Made by a program: the position numbers and the translations under genes. Shown piece after piece: positions 25,827-36,006 of a stretch of DNA of 64,000 bases. Below the pieces are notes generated by a model, which searched no databases, was not told the DNA's origin, and saw only the letters and a program-made list of their open reading frames with translations. The stretch lies in assembly GCA_049320885.1 (NCBI GenBank), contig JBMORA010000001.1, positions 50,612 to 114,611 on the forward strand. Direction: 5' to 3'. The stretch's first letter is position 1. Every line of letters begins with the position of its first letter. Source of the stretch: Thermodesulfobacteriota bacterium. Its GTDB lineage: Bacteria > Desulfobacterota > Desulfobacteria > Desulfobacterales > SURF-7.

Positions 25827-28493
25827 ATGACGGAGATATCGAACGCTAAAATGACCCCCATGGTCCGCCAATACCTTGCCATCAAGGAACAGTATGCGGA
25901 CGCCATCCTCTTTTATCGCATGGGGGATTTTTATGAAATGTTTTTTGAAGATGCGGCCGTCGCCTCCGGCATTCTGGAAATCGCCCTCACTTCCCGGAAT
26001 AAAAATGATGATGAAGCCATACCCATGTGCGGCATCCCCGTGCGGGCGGCGAACGCCTATATCGGCCGGCTGATTGAACAGGGTCACAAGGTGGCCGTCT
26101 GCGAACAGACCGAAGATCCGAAAACGGCCAAGGGGCTGGTAAGACGCGAGGTGGTGCGGGTCATTACACCGGGAATGATCATCGACAACGAATTCCTGGA
26201 CGAGAAAACCAACAACTATATTCTGGCCGTCCACCGGGTGCGGCAAGCCGTCGGGCTTGCCTTCCTGGATGTTTCCACCGGTACCTTCCGGGTGGCGGAA
26301 TCGGACAACATGGATGCCATCGTGGAAGAGGCCCTGCGGATCAATCCCAGGGAAATCCTCCTGCCGCAATCCTTTCGCGATGATGCCGAAGCAATGGCTC
26401 TGATGGGCGCCTTCCCGGATCATTTCAAGTCCTTCCCGGATGAAAAAAACTTTGCCCCGCACGCGGCCAAAAGGCTCCTGATGGATCAATTCAACACCCG
26501 CAGCCTCGAGGGGTTCGGGTGTGAGAACGCCCTGGCCGCCATCGGGGCGGCCGGCGCCCTGCTGGCCTACGTGCAGGAAACCCAGAAGCAGAAAACCGGT
26601 CATATCCTCGGGCTTGAGACCTATTCCCTGGATCAGTATCTGCTCATCGACGAAACCAGCTGCCGCAATCTGGAATTGATGGGCAGCCTGCGCTCCGGTT
26701 CCCGCCGCGGGACCCTGCTGGAGATCCTGGATCAGACCCTCACCGCCATGGGAGGACGCCTGTTCAAGCAATGGCTGCGGTATCCCCTGCTGGATCCGGC
26801 GGCCATCCGCCTGCGTCTGTCGGCGGTGGCGGAAATCAAACAGCATGCCGATCTGCGCCATGGGTTGCGGGAACAGCTCCGCCAGGTCTTCGACCTGGAA
26901 AGACTCACCGGCAAAATCACCCTGGGACGCGCCAACGCCAGGGATCTGACGGCCCTGAAAACGTCCCTCTGGAAAATACCCGATATCCTGGCCAGCCTGG
27001 CAACCCTGTCGTCGGAACTGTTTGTCCTTTCCCTGCCGGCGGATCAACCGGATCCGCGCCATCTGCAGGAGCTGGCCGGGCTTATCGACGCCGCCATCCG
27101 GGAAGACGCCCCCCCCACGATCCATGAAGGCGGCATCATCAAAACCGGTTACCATCCGGAGCTGGACGAACTCATCCAGATCAGCACCGACGGCAAAAGC
27201 TGGCTCGCCAGGCTGGAAGCCGATGAAAAACGAAAAACCGGCATCGGCTCCCTCAAGGTGAAATACAACAAAGTCTTCGGTTATTATATCGAGGTCCCCA
27301 GAAGCCAGACGGAATCGGTTCCAGCCCATTACGTGCGCAAACAGACCATCGCGAACGCCGAACGCTATGTCACGGAAGAACTGAAAACATTCGAAACCAA
27401 TGTTCTTGGGGCCCAGGAACGGATGGCGGCCCTGGAATACCGCCTGTTCAACGAAATCCGCGAGCGGGTGGTGGAAAACAACCACTGTATCCTGAAAGTG
27501 GCGGCTTTCACGGCACAGCTGGACTGCCTGGCGAGCCTGGCGGAAATCGCGGATCAGAACGGTTATGTTCAGCCGGACATCAACCACGCCGGCGTCATCG
27601 ACATCACCGACGGTCGCCACCCGGTGGTGGAAAAACTGATTTCCGGCGAACGCTATATTCCCAATTCCATCCGCCTGGACAACGATGAAAACCAGATTCT
27701 GGTGATTACCGGCCCGAACATGGCCGGAAAATCCACTGTTCTGCGCCAGACCGCCCTGATCGTGATCATGGCCCAAATGGGTGGTTTCGTCCCTGCCGCC
27801 AAGGCCTCCGTCTGCATTACGGACCGGATCTTCACCCGGGTGGGCGCCCTGGACAACCTGTCTTCGGGTCAAAGCACTTTCATGGTGGAGATGGAGGAGA
27901 CGGCCAATATCATGAACAACGCCGGGGCCGACAGCCTGGTGATCATGGATGAAATCGGCCGGGGCACCAGTACCTTCGACGGGTTGAGCATCGCCTGGGC
28001 CGTGGCCGAATACCTGCATGATCTGAAAGGCTGCGGCGTGAAAACCCTTTTTGCCACCCACTATCACGAGCTGACCGAACTGGCCCGTGCGAAACCAAGG
28101 GTCAAGAACTGCCATATCGCCGTCAGGGAATGGAACGACGAAATCATTTTTCTCCGGAAACTGACGCCGGGAAGCACCAACCGGAGCTATGGCATTCAAG
28201 TGGCACGGCTGGCCGGACTCCCGGAATCCATTATCAAAAAGGCGAAAAAAGTGCTGGCGCGGATTGAAAACGGGGACTCGGTCCTGTCCCTCGCCGGGGA
28301 TGGTTCCGGCGACGGGGATCGAGCCGGAAAAAATAAACATTCCAAAAAGCAGGTTCAGCTTCAGCTTTTTCGAAAACCGGAGGAAATCATCGTTGACATT
28401 TTAAAGCAGCTGAATATCTCCGCCATGACGCCCATCGAAGCGATCAACCAGCTGAACGAACTGAAGCAGAAAGCGAATTCGGTTTTGAATTAG
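25827..28493 (+). CDS. mutS: DNA mismatch repair protein MutS
   Basis: TPMVRQY, FYRMGDFYEMF, ITGPNMAGKST, STFMVEM, DEIGRGTST, FATHYHEL. Confidence 0.98.
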   Translation: MTEISNAKMTPMVRQYLAIKEQYADAILFYRMGDFYEMFFEDAAVASGILEIALTSRNKNDDEAIPMCGIPVRAANAYIGRLIEQGHKVAVCEQTEDPKTAKGLVRREVVRVITPGMIIDNEFLDEKTNNYILAVHRVRQAVGLAFLDVSTGTFRVAESDNMDAIVEEALRINPREILLPQSFRDDAEAMALMGAFPDHFKSFPDEKNFAPHAAKRLLMDQFNTRSLEGFGCENALAAIGAAGALLAYVQETQKQKTGHILGLETYSLDQYLLIDETSCRNLELMGSLRSGSRRGTLLEILDQTLTAMGGRLFKQWLRYPLLDPAAIRLRLSAVAEIKQHADLRHGLREQLRQVFDLERLTGKITLGRANARDLTALKTSLWKIPDILASLATLSSELFVLSLPADQPDPRHLQELAGLIDAAIREDAPPTIHEGGIIKTGYHPELDELIQISTDGKSWLARLEADEKRKTGIGSLKVKYNKVFGYYIEVPRSQTESVPAHYVRKQTIANAERYVTEELKTFETNVLGAQERMAALEYRLFNEIRERVVENNHCILKVAAFTAQLDCLASLAEIADQNGYVQPDINHAGVIDITDGRHPVVEKLISGERYIPNSIRLDNDENQILVITGPNMAGKSTVLRQTALIVIMAQMGGFVPAAKASVCITDRIFTRVGALDNLSSGQSTFMVEMEETANIMNNAGADSLVIMDEIGRGTSTFDGLSIAWAVAEYLHDLKGCGVKTLFATHYHELTELARAKPRVKNCHIAVREWNDEIIFLRKLTPGSTNRSYGIQVARLAGLPESIIKKAKKVLARIENGDSVLSLAGDGSGDGDRAGKNKHSKKQVQLQLFRKPEEIIVDILKQLNISAMTPIEAINQLNELKQKANSVLN

Positions 28494-28498
28494 GGATA

Positions 28499-30223
28499 AT
28501 GAATACATCTACTCGAAATACCCTCATCACGGCTCTAATGCTGATTCTCTTTTTGCCGGTCATGCCGGCGGACGCGGGAGAAGCCGGCAAGGCGGAGTAT
28601 CTCCGGGCCGAAAAATCCGCCAACCGTCTGTTGAGTGACGTCCGCAAACAGCAATACCGGCACAACTGGCTGGAATGCATCGACCAATACAGAAAAGTGG
28701 TCGCAAAAGCCCCGGAAGGTCCCTGGGCCGCGGCCGGGATGTATCAGGTCGGCATGTTGTACCACGGCCTGTACCGGCGCTCCTACCTGAAAGCCGACCT
28801 GGAGGCGGCCGTCGACGCTTATGAAAAACTGATCCAGAGATATCCTGGCAGCAAATATCGCCGGCAGGCCCTGACGGAAATGCAGAAAATCGGCGCCCCG
28901 GTCCCCCGCGCCGCCGTCGCCCGGCCACCCTATCACAAGAAACGCGCCCTGACGAAAAAGAAACCGCCGGCCGCCGCGCTGCCCGTAAACGCTCCCGGTC
29001 CAGCCACCGCCGACCCGGCGCCCGGCAATCCTCCGCCCGAACCTGCTCCACCTCTCCCCGCAGCGGACAACCTGGTTACGGATCTCCGGTTCTGGTCAAA
29101 CCCCAACTATACACGGGTTGTCGTCAGCACGGATCATGAAGTGCCCTATTCCCATCATCTGCTGAAAAAAGACCCGGCCCTGAACAAGCCCGAGCGTCTG
29201 TTCATCGATCTGAACCAAAGCAAGCTTTCCAAGGATCTGCGTCAGCTAGTGCCCATCGACGACAACCTTCTCGAGAACATCCGGGCCGGGCAATACACCC
29301 TGGATACGGTCAGGGTCGTCATCGACATCAAGTCCTTCGATAATTACAAGGTGTTTTCCCTGAACAACCCGTTTCGCATCGTCATCGATGTCTGGGGCAA
29401 AGGCCATGCGCAGATGACGAGCGCACCTCCGCCGCCGCCGCCTTCCGCCGTTAAAACCGACAAGGGGAGGCCGGTCAGCGCCATCGCCCGGCAGCTGGCC
29501 CTGGGGGTACGACGGATCGTCATCGATCCGGGACACGGCGGAAAGGATTTCGGCGCACCCGGTTACCTCAAAGGCGTGCATGAAAAAGAAATCGTGCTGC
29601 AGATCGCCAAAAAACTGGCCGCCCGAATCAGGACCGAATTGAATTGCGAAGTCATTCTCACCCGCAGCAGCGACGTCTTTCTGACGTTGGAAGAACGCAC
29701 GGCCCTGGCCAACACGCAAAACGCCGATCTCTTTATTTCCATGCACACCAATGCGTCGCGGGACAAACGCGCCTACGGAATCGAAACCTATTTCCTGAAC
29801 CTTGCCACCGATGAAGACGCCATCCGCGTGGCGGCGGCGGAAAACGCCACCTCCACCAAAAATATCAGCGATCTGCAGTCCATCCTCCAGGATCTGATGC
29901 AGAACGCCAAAATCAACGAATCCACGCGCCTGGCCTCCCGGGTCCAGGAATCCATGTGTGCGGGTCTGCGAAACAACTATCAGCAGATCAAGAACAAAGG
30001 GGTCAAGCAGGCGCCTTTTTATGTCCTTCTGGGCGCCCAGATGCCGGCCATCCTGGTCGAAACCGGTTTCATCAGCCACCCGCGGGAATGCCGCTGGCTG
30101 ATCGACCCCAGATACCAGGACCGGTTGTGTGATGCCATCGTCGCCGGCATCCGTCATTACATGCGGGAAACCAATCCCACCGCCTTCATGGAACGCCGGC
30201 CGGCCGGCCGGTCCAAGGGATGA
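28499..30223 (+). CDS. N-acetylmuramoyl-L-alanine amidase (TPR-like N-terminus, Pro-rich linker, AMIN, Amidase_3)
   Basis: Signal peptide; RVVIDI; IVIDPGHGGKD..EK; FISMHTN; AILVETGF. Confidence 0.92.
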   Translation: MNTSTRNTLITALMLILFLPVMPADAGEAGKAEYLRAEKSANRLLSDVRKQQYRHNWLECIDQYRKVVAKAPEGPWAAAGMYQVGMLYHGLYRRSYLKADLEAAVDAYEKLIQRYPGSKYRRQALTEMQKIGAPVPRAAVARPPYHKKRALTKKKPPAAALPVNAPGPATADPAPGNPPPEPAPPLPAADNLVTDLRFWSNPNYTRVVVSTDHEVPYSHHLLKKDPALNKPERLFIDLNQSKLSKDLRQLVPIDDNLLENIRAGQYTLDTVRVVIDIKSFDNYKVFSLNNPFRIVIDVWGKGHAQMTSAPPPPPPSAVKTDKGRPVSAIARQLALGVRRIVIDPGHGGKDFGAPGYLKGVHEKEIVLQIAKKLAARIRTELNCEVILTRSSDVFLTLEERTALANTQNADLFISMHTNASRDKRAYGIETYFLNLATDEDAIRVAAAENATSTKNISDLQSILQDLMQNAKINESTRLASRVQESMCAGLRNNYQQIKNKGVKQAPFYVLLGAQMPAILVETGFISHPRECRWLIDPRYQDRLCDAIVAGIRHYMRETNPTAFMERRPAGRSKG

Positions 30224-30297
30224 TTCCAATATGGAAGGCCATGAGCCTCCCCGGGCCGCCGGCGTGAGTAGGCGGATTGCCGCGGTCCTGGATGGCG

Positions 30298-32211
30298 CTA
30301 CGGCTCCTTGAGGTTCTCCATCAGTATCCGCCGGACTTCCTCTATGGTTTGCGGCTCGTCCTGGGCGGAATGACCGGAATGAACCACGAGTTCCGAAGTC
30401 GCGCCCTCAATATGGGCGCTCCGGTAGGTCACCACGCCGTCATCCCACTCTTCCCTCGTTTCCCCGGGATTGTCCACGGCGATGATGGAATGGGTTCCGA
30501 CTCCCGGCGCGATGGGCAGGGTTGAAAACGTCCGGATAAATTCGCTGTCCGGGGCCATATTGTCCGTGCTGCGGGGAACCCCCTCCTCCAGAGATCGCCG
30601 GGCGATGGCCTCGGGGCTGTGCCGGAAAATTTCCTCCAGCGGATCAAGCAGTTCAAACGGCAGCGAAATCATTTTCTGGAACAGATACCGGACCTGCCCG
30701 CCCACCAGAAAACTGCCCCGGTGAGGGGTCGCGATGAAGACGACCCGCCTCACAAACGGAAGGGGCCGATAGAAAAGGCTGCGCTGCAGCAGCGCCCGTG
30801 TCCGGGGCGAAACCGAAAGACGATCCATGGGAACCGCGAACGTGTTATCCCAGAAGCGTTCGCCACTGTCGGTGACGGTGAGTCTTGCCAGCAGCCCCCC
30901 CTGGCTGTGGCCGATGACGACCATTTTTTTCAGCGCTTCGTCCCGGCCTTCCGGATCCAATTCCCGGACCACGTTTCGCAGGCCCTGAACGAGGATGCCA
31001 CCGGAATACAGGATCGGATTCCCGGTATTATAGGTGAAGAGCCAGACCTGATAGCGGCGGCCCAATTCCCGGTCATTCAGGATTTCGTTCAGCATCTGGG
31101 CCCAGCGCGCCGGGCTGGATGCCGTTCCGTGAACGAAAACCACGGGAATCCGGCCGCGGCGGTACGGTGCCAGGAGAAACACATTGTCCCTGAAGCGGGC
31201 CGTTTTTTTGATGAGCTGCAAATCCCCGGAAAGCAATCCTTTCAGCTCCAGGTCATATACCTGGGACCCTTCCAGGGTATATGCCAGGGCGGCGGTGGTT
31301 CTGTATTCCAGAGGGGCGTCACGACCGTTGACCTGGATCGACATTTCCTCCTGACCCGTATACAGCGTCAGCCGGCCCTCCAGTCGTCCGCTCCGGAGTC
31401 CTTCCGTGACGTCATCCAGCTGAAGAAAAGCGGTGGCAGCCACTTTCAGGATCGACGGCACTCGGGCGAAATCCCGATGCTGTTGCCCCGGCCGGGGTTT
31501 CAGGGTGGCGACCAGCGCCGTCCCGATTCCGGGCCAGCGGTAATCATTCCGCAGGCCGCGGACCTCGAGTTCCGCGGCATCGATGAAATTTTCCAGGCGG
31601 AAAGGGCCCCAGAAACATGTTTCCGGTTCCATGCGCACCACCAGTTCGCCGAACGGCAGCCGGTATGTCCCCCCCTTCAGCATCACCCCGCGGCCGGATT
31701 CCGTCGCCGCAAATCCCCGGGCGATCCCCTGGTTATACAAATCCACGGCGGTTCGCAGCCGGGGGTCCAGTTCTCCAGGGGAATCATCGGGGTTCCGCGG
31801 GAAAATGAAGGCATAGGCATATACCACTGCGGCCAGAAAATACGAACGGTCGTCGTTCCTGGCGGCATGGAGAAAACAAAGCTCCGCCAAGGCGAAGAGG
31901 CGGTCCGCCTCCCTCGCGGTGGGCATCCCCCGATGCAGGGATGCAATCACTTCCTCCGGATCGTCCAGAAATCGTTCCGCCAGGCCGGATCGATTGAGAA
32001 TCTGCATGGTGGGCGCGCTCAGGTCGTCGCCGGACAGAACGCTCCGGGTGAGACCCTGCCGGGCATCCCGGGGGTCCATGAAGCGGACCCCCACCGGCGT
32101 GGCGCAGCCATGCAGGCATGCCAGCACCGCGACGAAAAGCCCGAAGGCTGCCATCGCCGCCCGGCCGGCCCCCATCCGCGATTGTGTATATTGGAATTCC
32201 ATGCGCAACAT
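30298..32211 (-). CDS. Alpha/beta hydrolase (esterase/lipase) lipoprotein
   Basis: Lipobox LHG-C; VVFVHG, GHSQGG, FIATPHRGS, DGVV, SGHS; start uncertain. Confidence 0.8.
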   Translation of the reverse strand: MLRMEFQYTQSRMGAGRAAMAAFGLFVAVLACLHGCATPVGVRFMDPRDARQGLTRSVLSGDDLSAPTMQILNRSGLAERFLDDPEEVIASLHRGMPTAREADRLFALAELCFLHAARNDDRSYFLAAVVYAYAFIFPRNPDDSPGELDPRLRTAVDLYNQGIARGFAATESGRGVMLKGGTYRLPFGELVVRMEPETCFWGPFRLENFIDAAELEVRGLRNDYRWPGIGTALVATLKPRPGQQHRDFARVPSILKVAATAFLQLDDVTEGLRSGRLEGRLTLYTGQEEMSIQVNGRDAPLEYRTTAALAYTLEGSQVYDLELKGLLSGDLQLIKKTARFRDNVFLLAPYRRGRIPVVFVHGTASSPARWAQMLNEILNDRELGRRYQVWLFTYNTGNPILYSGGILVQGLRNVVRELDPEGRDEALKKMVVIGHSQGGLLARLTVTDSGERFWDNTFAVPMDRLSVSPRTRALLQRSLFYRPLPFVRRVVFIATPHRGSFLVGGQVRYLFQKMISLPFELLDPLEEIFRHSPEAIARRSLEEGVPRSTDNMAPDSEFIRTFSTLPIAPGVGTHSIIAVDNPGETREEWDDGVVTYRSAHIEGATSELVVHSGHSAQDEPQTIEEVRRILMENLKEP

Positions 32212-32428
32212 GCCGATGCGTTATCACACTTTTCGTCTGCTGTCCAAGTCCGGTGACGCGCGCGGGGATGACGGCAACGGTTCCGGAAGGCGCCTGGGAG
32301 GCAATCAGGCGCGGATAAAAAACCGCCGACCCGCTTTCCGTGTTTTTTAGGTTTGACAAAGCGGCCCACTTGTTTTAATCCACCTGATATTCTGAAATCC
32401 ATGGCACTTAACGATTATGGAGGCCCGC

Positions 32429-33220
32429 ATGACATATGAAAACATCCTGTTCACCGTCGAAAAGGCGGTGGCGTTTATCACCTTCAACCGTCCGAAATCC
32501 CTCAATGCGCTCAATTCCGTATTGCTGACGGAGTTCCACCAGGCCCTGGATGAAATCGATGCCGATGAAAATATCCGGGTGCTGGTTCTCACCGGCGCCG
32601 GTGAAAAAGCCTTTGTCGCAGGCGCCGACATCAGCGAACTGGCCACTTTCAATCCATTGCAGGCGAGAAAATTCGCGGAAAACGGTCACCGGGCCATCGG
32701 CCGGCTGCAAGCGCTTGCCATCCCGGTCATTGCGGCGGTGAACGGATTCGCCCTGGGGGGCGGCAACGAGATCGCCCTGGCCGCTGATTTCATTTACGCC
32801 TCGGAAAACGCCAAATTCGGACTCCCGGAAATCAATCTCGGCATCATTCCCGGTTTCGGCGGCACCCAGCGATTACCGCGGCTGGTGGGTAAAAACCGGG
32901 CCAAGGAAATGATTTTCACCGGCAGGATGATCTCCGCCCGGGAAGCAGCCGAAATCGGCCTGGTGAATCTCGTGACCTCGCCGGACAAGCTGATGGAAGA
33001 AACCATCAAAACCGCCAGCATCATGGCCGCCAAAGGCAAGGCGGCCCTGCGCGCCGCCAAGCACGCCATCAATAAAGGTACGGATGTGGACCTTGAAACC
33101 GGTTGCCGGATCGAAATCGACGCCTTCGCCCTCTGCATGGCCAGCAGCGACGCCGGAGAGGGCACCAGGGCTTTTCTGGAAAAACGACCGGCCGAATTCA
33201 AGGGCCGTTTGAACGAATAG
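32429..33220 (+). CDS. Enoyl-CoA hydratase (crotonase)
   Basis: AFVAGADI, NGFALGGGNE, GLPEINLG.IPGFGGTQRL; GGAGG RBS. Confidence 0.93.
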   Translation: MTYENILFTVEKAVAFITFNRPKSLNALNSVLLTEFHQALDEIDADENIRVLVLTGAGEKAFVAGADISELATFNPLQARKFAENGHRAIGRLQALAIPVIAAVNGFALGGGNEIALAADFIYASENAKFGLPEINLGIIPGFGGTQRLPRLVGKNRAKEMIFTGRMISAREAAEIGLVNLVTSPDKLMEETIKTASIMAAKGKAALRAAKHAINKGTDVDLETGCRIEIDAFALCMASSDAGEGTRAFLEKRPAEFKGRLNE

Positions 33221-33271
33221 AATCAACGATGCCACTGTTGTCGATCACCGCCGGTGGAAGGAGAATGGAAG

Positions 33272-34573
33272 ATGATTTTCAATATCGAATATGAAACCAT
33301 GCCGCGGGAAGCGCTGGAAGCCATCCAGCTGCGGCGGTTTCAAACCACAATCGAAAGGGCCTATGCCACGGTTCCGTTCTATCGGGAACGCTTTCAGAAA
33401 GCCGGCGTCTCGTCGGCGGATATTAAAACCCTCGACGACCTGAAGAGAATTCCCTTCACCACCAAACAGGATCTGCGGGACAATTATCCCTTCGGCATGT
33501 TCGCCGTGCCCATGAGCAATGTCGTCCGCATTCATGCCTCCTCCGGCACCACCGGTCAGCCCACCGTCGTCGGTTACACCGCCCGGGACATCAACACCTG
33601 GGCCGAACTGATGGCGCGTTCGCTTTCAGCCGGCGGCGCGACCCGCGAGGATATCATTCACAACGCCTATGGATACGGCCTGTTCACCGGGGGGCTGGGG
33701 GTGCATTACGGCGCGGAAAAACTGGGGGCGTCCATCATCCCCGTCTCCGGGGGTAACACCAAACGGCAGGTCATCATCATGAAGGATTTCGGTCCCACCA
33801 TTCTCACCGCCACTCCCTCCTATGCCCTGCATCTGGCGGAGGTGGCCATTGAAATGGGGGTTTCCTTTCAAAACCTCAAATTCAAATACGGCATTTTCGG
33901 CGCCGAGCCCTGGTCGGAAACCATGCGCCGGGAAATCGAGAACAAACTGAACCTGAGTGCCGTGGACATTTACGGTTTGAGCGAAGTCATCGGGCCGGGG
34001 GTTGCCATCGAGTGTCATGAAGCCAAAAAAGGCCTGCATGTTTTTGAGGATCATTTCATTCCGGAAATCATCGACCCGGCCACCGGCGATGTGCTGCCCT
34101 ACGGCGAGACCGGCGAGCTGGTCTTCACCTCCCTGACCAAGGAGGCCTTTCCGGTGATCCGCTACCGCACCCGGGACATTTCCACCCTGAACCCCGAACC
34201 GTGCATCTGCGGCCGGACCCATGTCCGAATGAAACGGGTCAGCGGCCGCACCGACGACATGCTCATCATCCGGGGCGTGAACGTATTCCCGTCCCAGATC
34301 GAAAGCGTGCTCATGAATGTCGACGAAGTGGAGCCTCATTACCAGCTGCTGGTGGACCGCAAGGACAATCTCGATATCCTCACCGTGCGGGTGGAAGTGG
34401 GCGAGCGTCTCTTCTCCGACGAAGTCAAGAAACTGCAGTCCCTGGAAGCCAAAATCGAGAAGGATATCAAGGAATATCTGGGTGTTTCCGCCAAGGTCAA
34501 ACTGGTGGAACCCAAAACCATTGCCCGCAGCGAAGGCAAGGCTGTTCGGGTGATCGACAATCGGAAAATATAG
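33272..34573 (+). CDS. paaK: Phenylacetate-CoA ligase family protein
   Basis: [48 protein letters not shown]. Confidence 0.9.
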   Translation: MIFNIEYETMPREALEAIQLRRFQTTIERAYATVPFYRERFQKAGVSSADIKTLDDLKRIPFTTKQDLRDNYPFGMFAVPMSNVVRIHASSGTTGQPTVVGYTARDINTWAELMARSLSAGGATREDIIHNAYGYGLFTGGLGVHYGAEKLGASIIPVSGGNTKRQVIIMKDFGPTILTATPSYALHLAEVAIEMGVSFQNLKFKYGIFGAEPWSETMRREIENKLNLSAVDIYGLSEVIGPGVAIECHEAKKGLHVFEDHFIPEIIDPATGDVLPYGETGELVFTSLTKEAFPVIRYRTRDISTLNPEPCICGRTHVRMKRVSGRTDDMLIIRGVNVFPSQIESVLMNVDEVEPHYQLLVDRKDNLDILTVRVEVGERLFSDEVKKLQSLEAKIEKDIKEYLGVSAKVKLVEPKTIARSEGKAVRVIDNRKI

Positions 34574-34580
34574 GAGCATT

Positions 34581-35018
34581 ATGATGCGTGTTGAACAAAT
34601 CTCCGTATTTTTGGAAAACAAATCAGGGCGTATCGCCGAAGTGACCGGCGTGCTCGCCAAGGCCGGCGTCAATATCCGCGCGTTGTCCATGGCCGACACA
34701 TCCGACTTCGGCATCCTGCGTCTGATTGTGGACAATACCCGGAAAGCCGAGGAAACCCTGAAGAGTCAAAATTTCACCGTGGGCAAGACCGATGTGGTGG
34801 CGGTGGAAGTCGAGGACAAACCCGGCGGTTTGCATCGCATCATGGAAATTTTGAACCGGGCCGACATCAACGTCGAATATATGTATGCCTTCGTCAATCC
34901 AACCGCCGGCAACCATGCGGTCATGATATTTCGCTTCGAAAACCTGGATGCCGCAGTTACCATATTGGAACAAAACGGTATTCGTGTGATCGAGGGGCAT
35001 CGGGTATACACCCTGTAA
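34581..35018 (+). CDS. Tandem ACT-domain protein
   Basis: [11 protein letters not shown]...DFGILRLIV...DKPGGL...NVEYMY; usual paaK partner. Confidence 0.9.
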   Translation: MMRVEQISVFLENKSGRIAEVTGVLAKAGVNIRALSMADTSDFGILRLIVDNTRKAEETLKSQNFTVGKTDVVAVEVEDKPGGLHRIMEILNRADINVEYMYAFVNPTAGNHAVMIFRFENLDAAVTILEQNGIRVIEGHRVYTL

Positions 35019-35148
35019 AAATCGGGCATTGGCTGCACAATCCCCTTGACAGGCGAGGATCAAAATTGTATTTATGCTTGTTTTGCAATTGTATCCTGAC
35101 GGACAGGCTTAATGGAAAACTCATTGGAATAAAAGGAGCACGAAGGCG

Positions 35149-35415
35149 TTGGCGAATCACAAATCGGCTTTAAAGAGAGTCAAGCAGAGCGAAAATCGGC
35201 GGTTGCGCAATAAAACCGTGAAAACCGTCGCGCGGACCTTTGTCAAGAAAGTCCGTTCCACGGTGGCGCAGAAATCAAGCGAAGCGGCGGTGGATCAATT
35301 GAACCAGACGAAATCCATTATCGATAAAGCCGCCAAAAAGGGTGTCATTCACAAAAGAGCGGCGTCCAGAAAAATTTCCCGTCTGGCGAAACTCGTCAAT
35401 TCGATCGCGAAATAG
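35149..35415 (+). CDS. rpsT: 30S ribosomal protein S20
   Basis: MANHKSALKR...IDKAAKKGVIHK..ASRK.SRL; TTG start. Confidence 0.97.
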   Translation: MANHKSALKRVKQSENRRLRNKTVKTVARTFVKKVRSTVAQKSSEAAVDQLNQTKSIIDKAAKKGVIHKRAASRKISRLAKLVNSIAK

Positions 35416-35493
35416 TCGATCACGCAAGCGCCGACCACCGGACAACCACTCCGTCAAAGGCCTGATACGGGGCCTGCCGGAAACGGCGGGCTC

Positions 35494-36000
35494 CTAAAAA
35501 TCCATGGTCAATTGCTGAAATACCTTTTCAGCGAAACGCCTGGCCACCGCTTTCAGCTTTTCGCGTTTATTCACCTCCACATCCCCCGCCAGCAGGTAGG
35601 TTTCCTGAACGGAGATGCCGTTTCCTTCCCAGACGGTTTTACCCGCCGCGTTGGTCAGTTTCGCCTGCCCGTAAACGCTGATCCGCATCTCGGTGGTCGT
35701 CTGCACACTGACGCGGGATGCGGTGGTCACCTGCAGGGATTGGATCGAACCGGAAAGAACCGCTTCGGCCCGTTCCTCCTCCACCAGTTCGGCGATATGG
35801 CTGCGGGTGAATTCATAGATGACGGCATTGGTGAACACCTGTTCGAGTCCCGTTTCCGCCGTCCGGTTGGAAAACATCCGCACGGTGATCCGTCTCAGCC
35901 CGCCCGGAAGGCTGCCGCCTTCCATAAAACGGTACCCGCAGGCCGTTGGAATAACCACCAGCAGCAGCATCCAGATGACGGCGCCCCGTTTACTCCGCAT
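35494..36000 (-). CDS. lptE: LPS assembly lipoprotein LptE
   Basis: Lipobox TA-CGYRF; directly downstream of leuS. Confidence 0.85.
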   Translation of the reverse strand: MRSKRGAVIWMLLLVVIPTACGYRFMEGGSLPGGLRRITVRMFSNRTAETGLEQVFTNAVIYEFTRSHIAELVEEERAEAVLSGSIQSLQVTTASRVSVQTTTEMRISVYGQAKLTNAAGKTVWEGNGISVQETYLLAGDVEVNKREKLKAVARRFAEKVFQQLTMDF

Positions 36001-36006
36001 ATCCGC

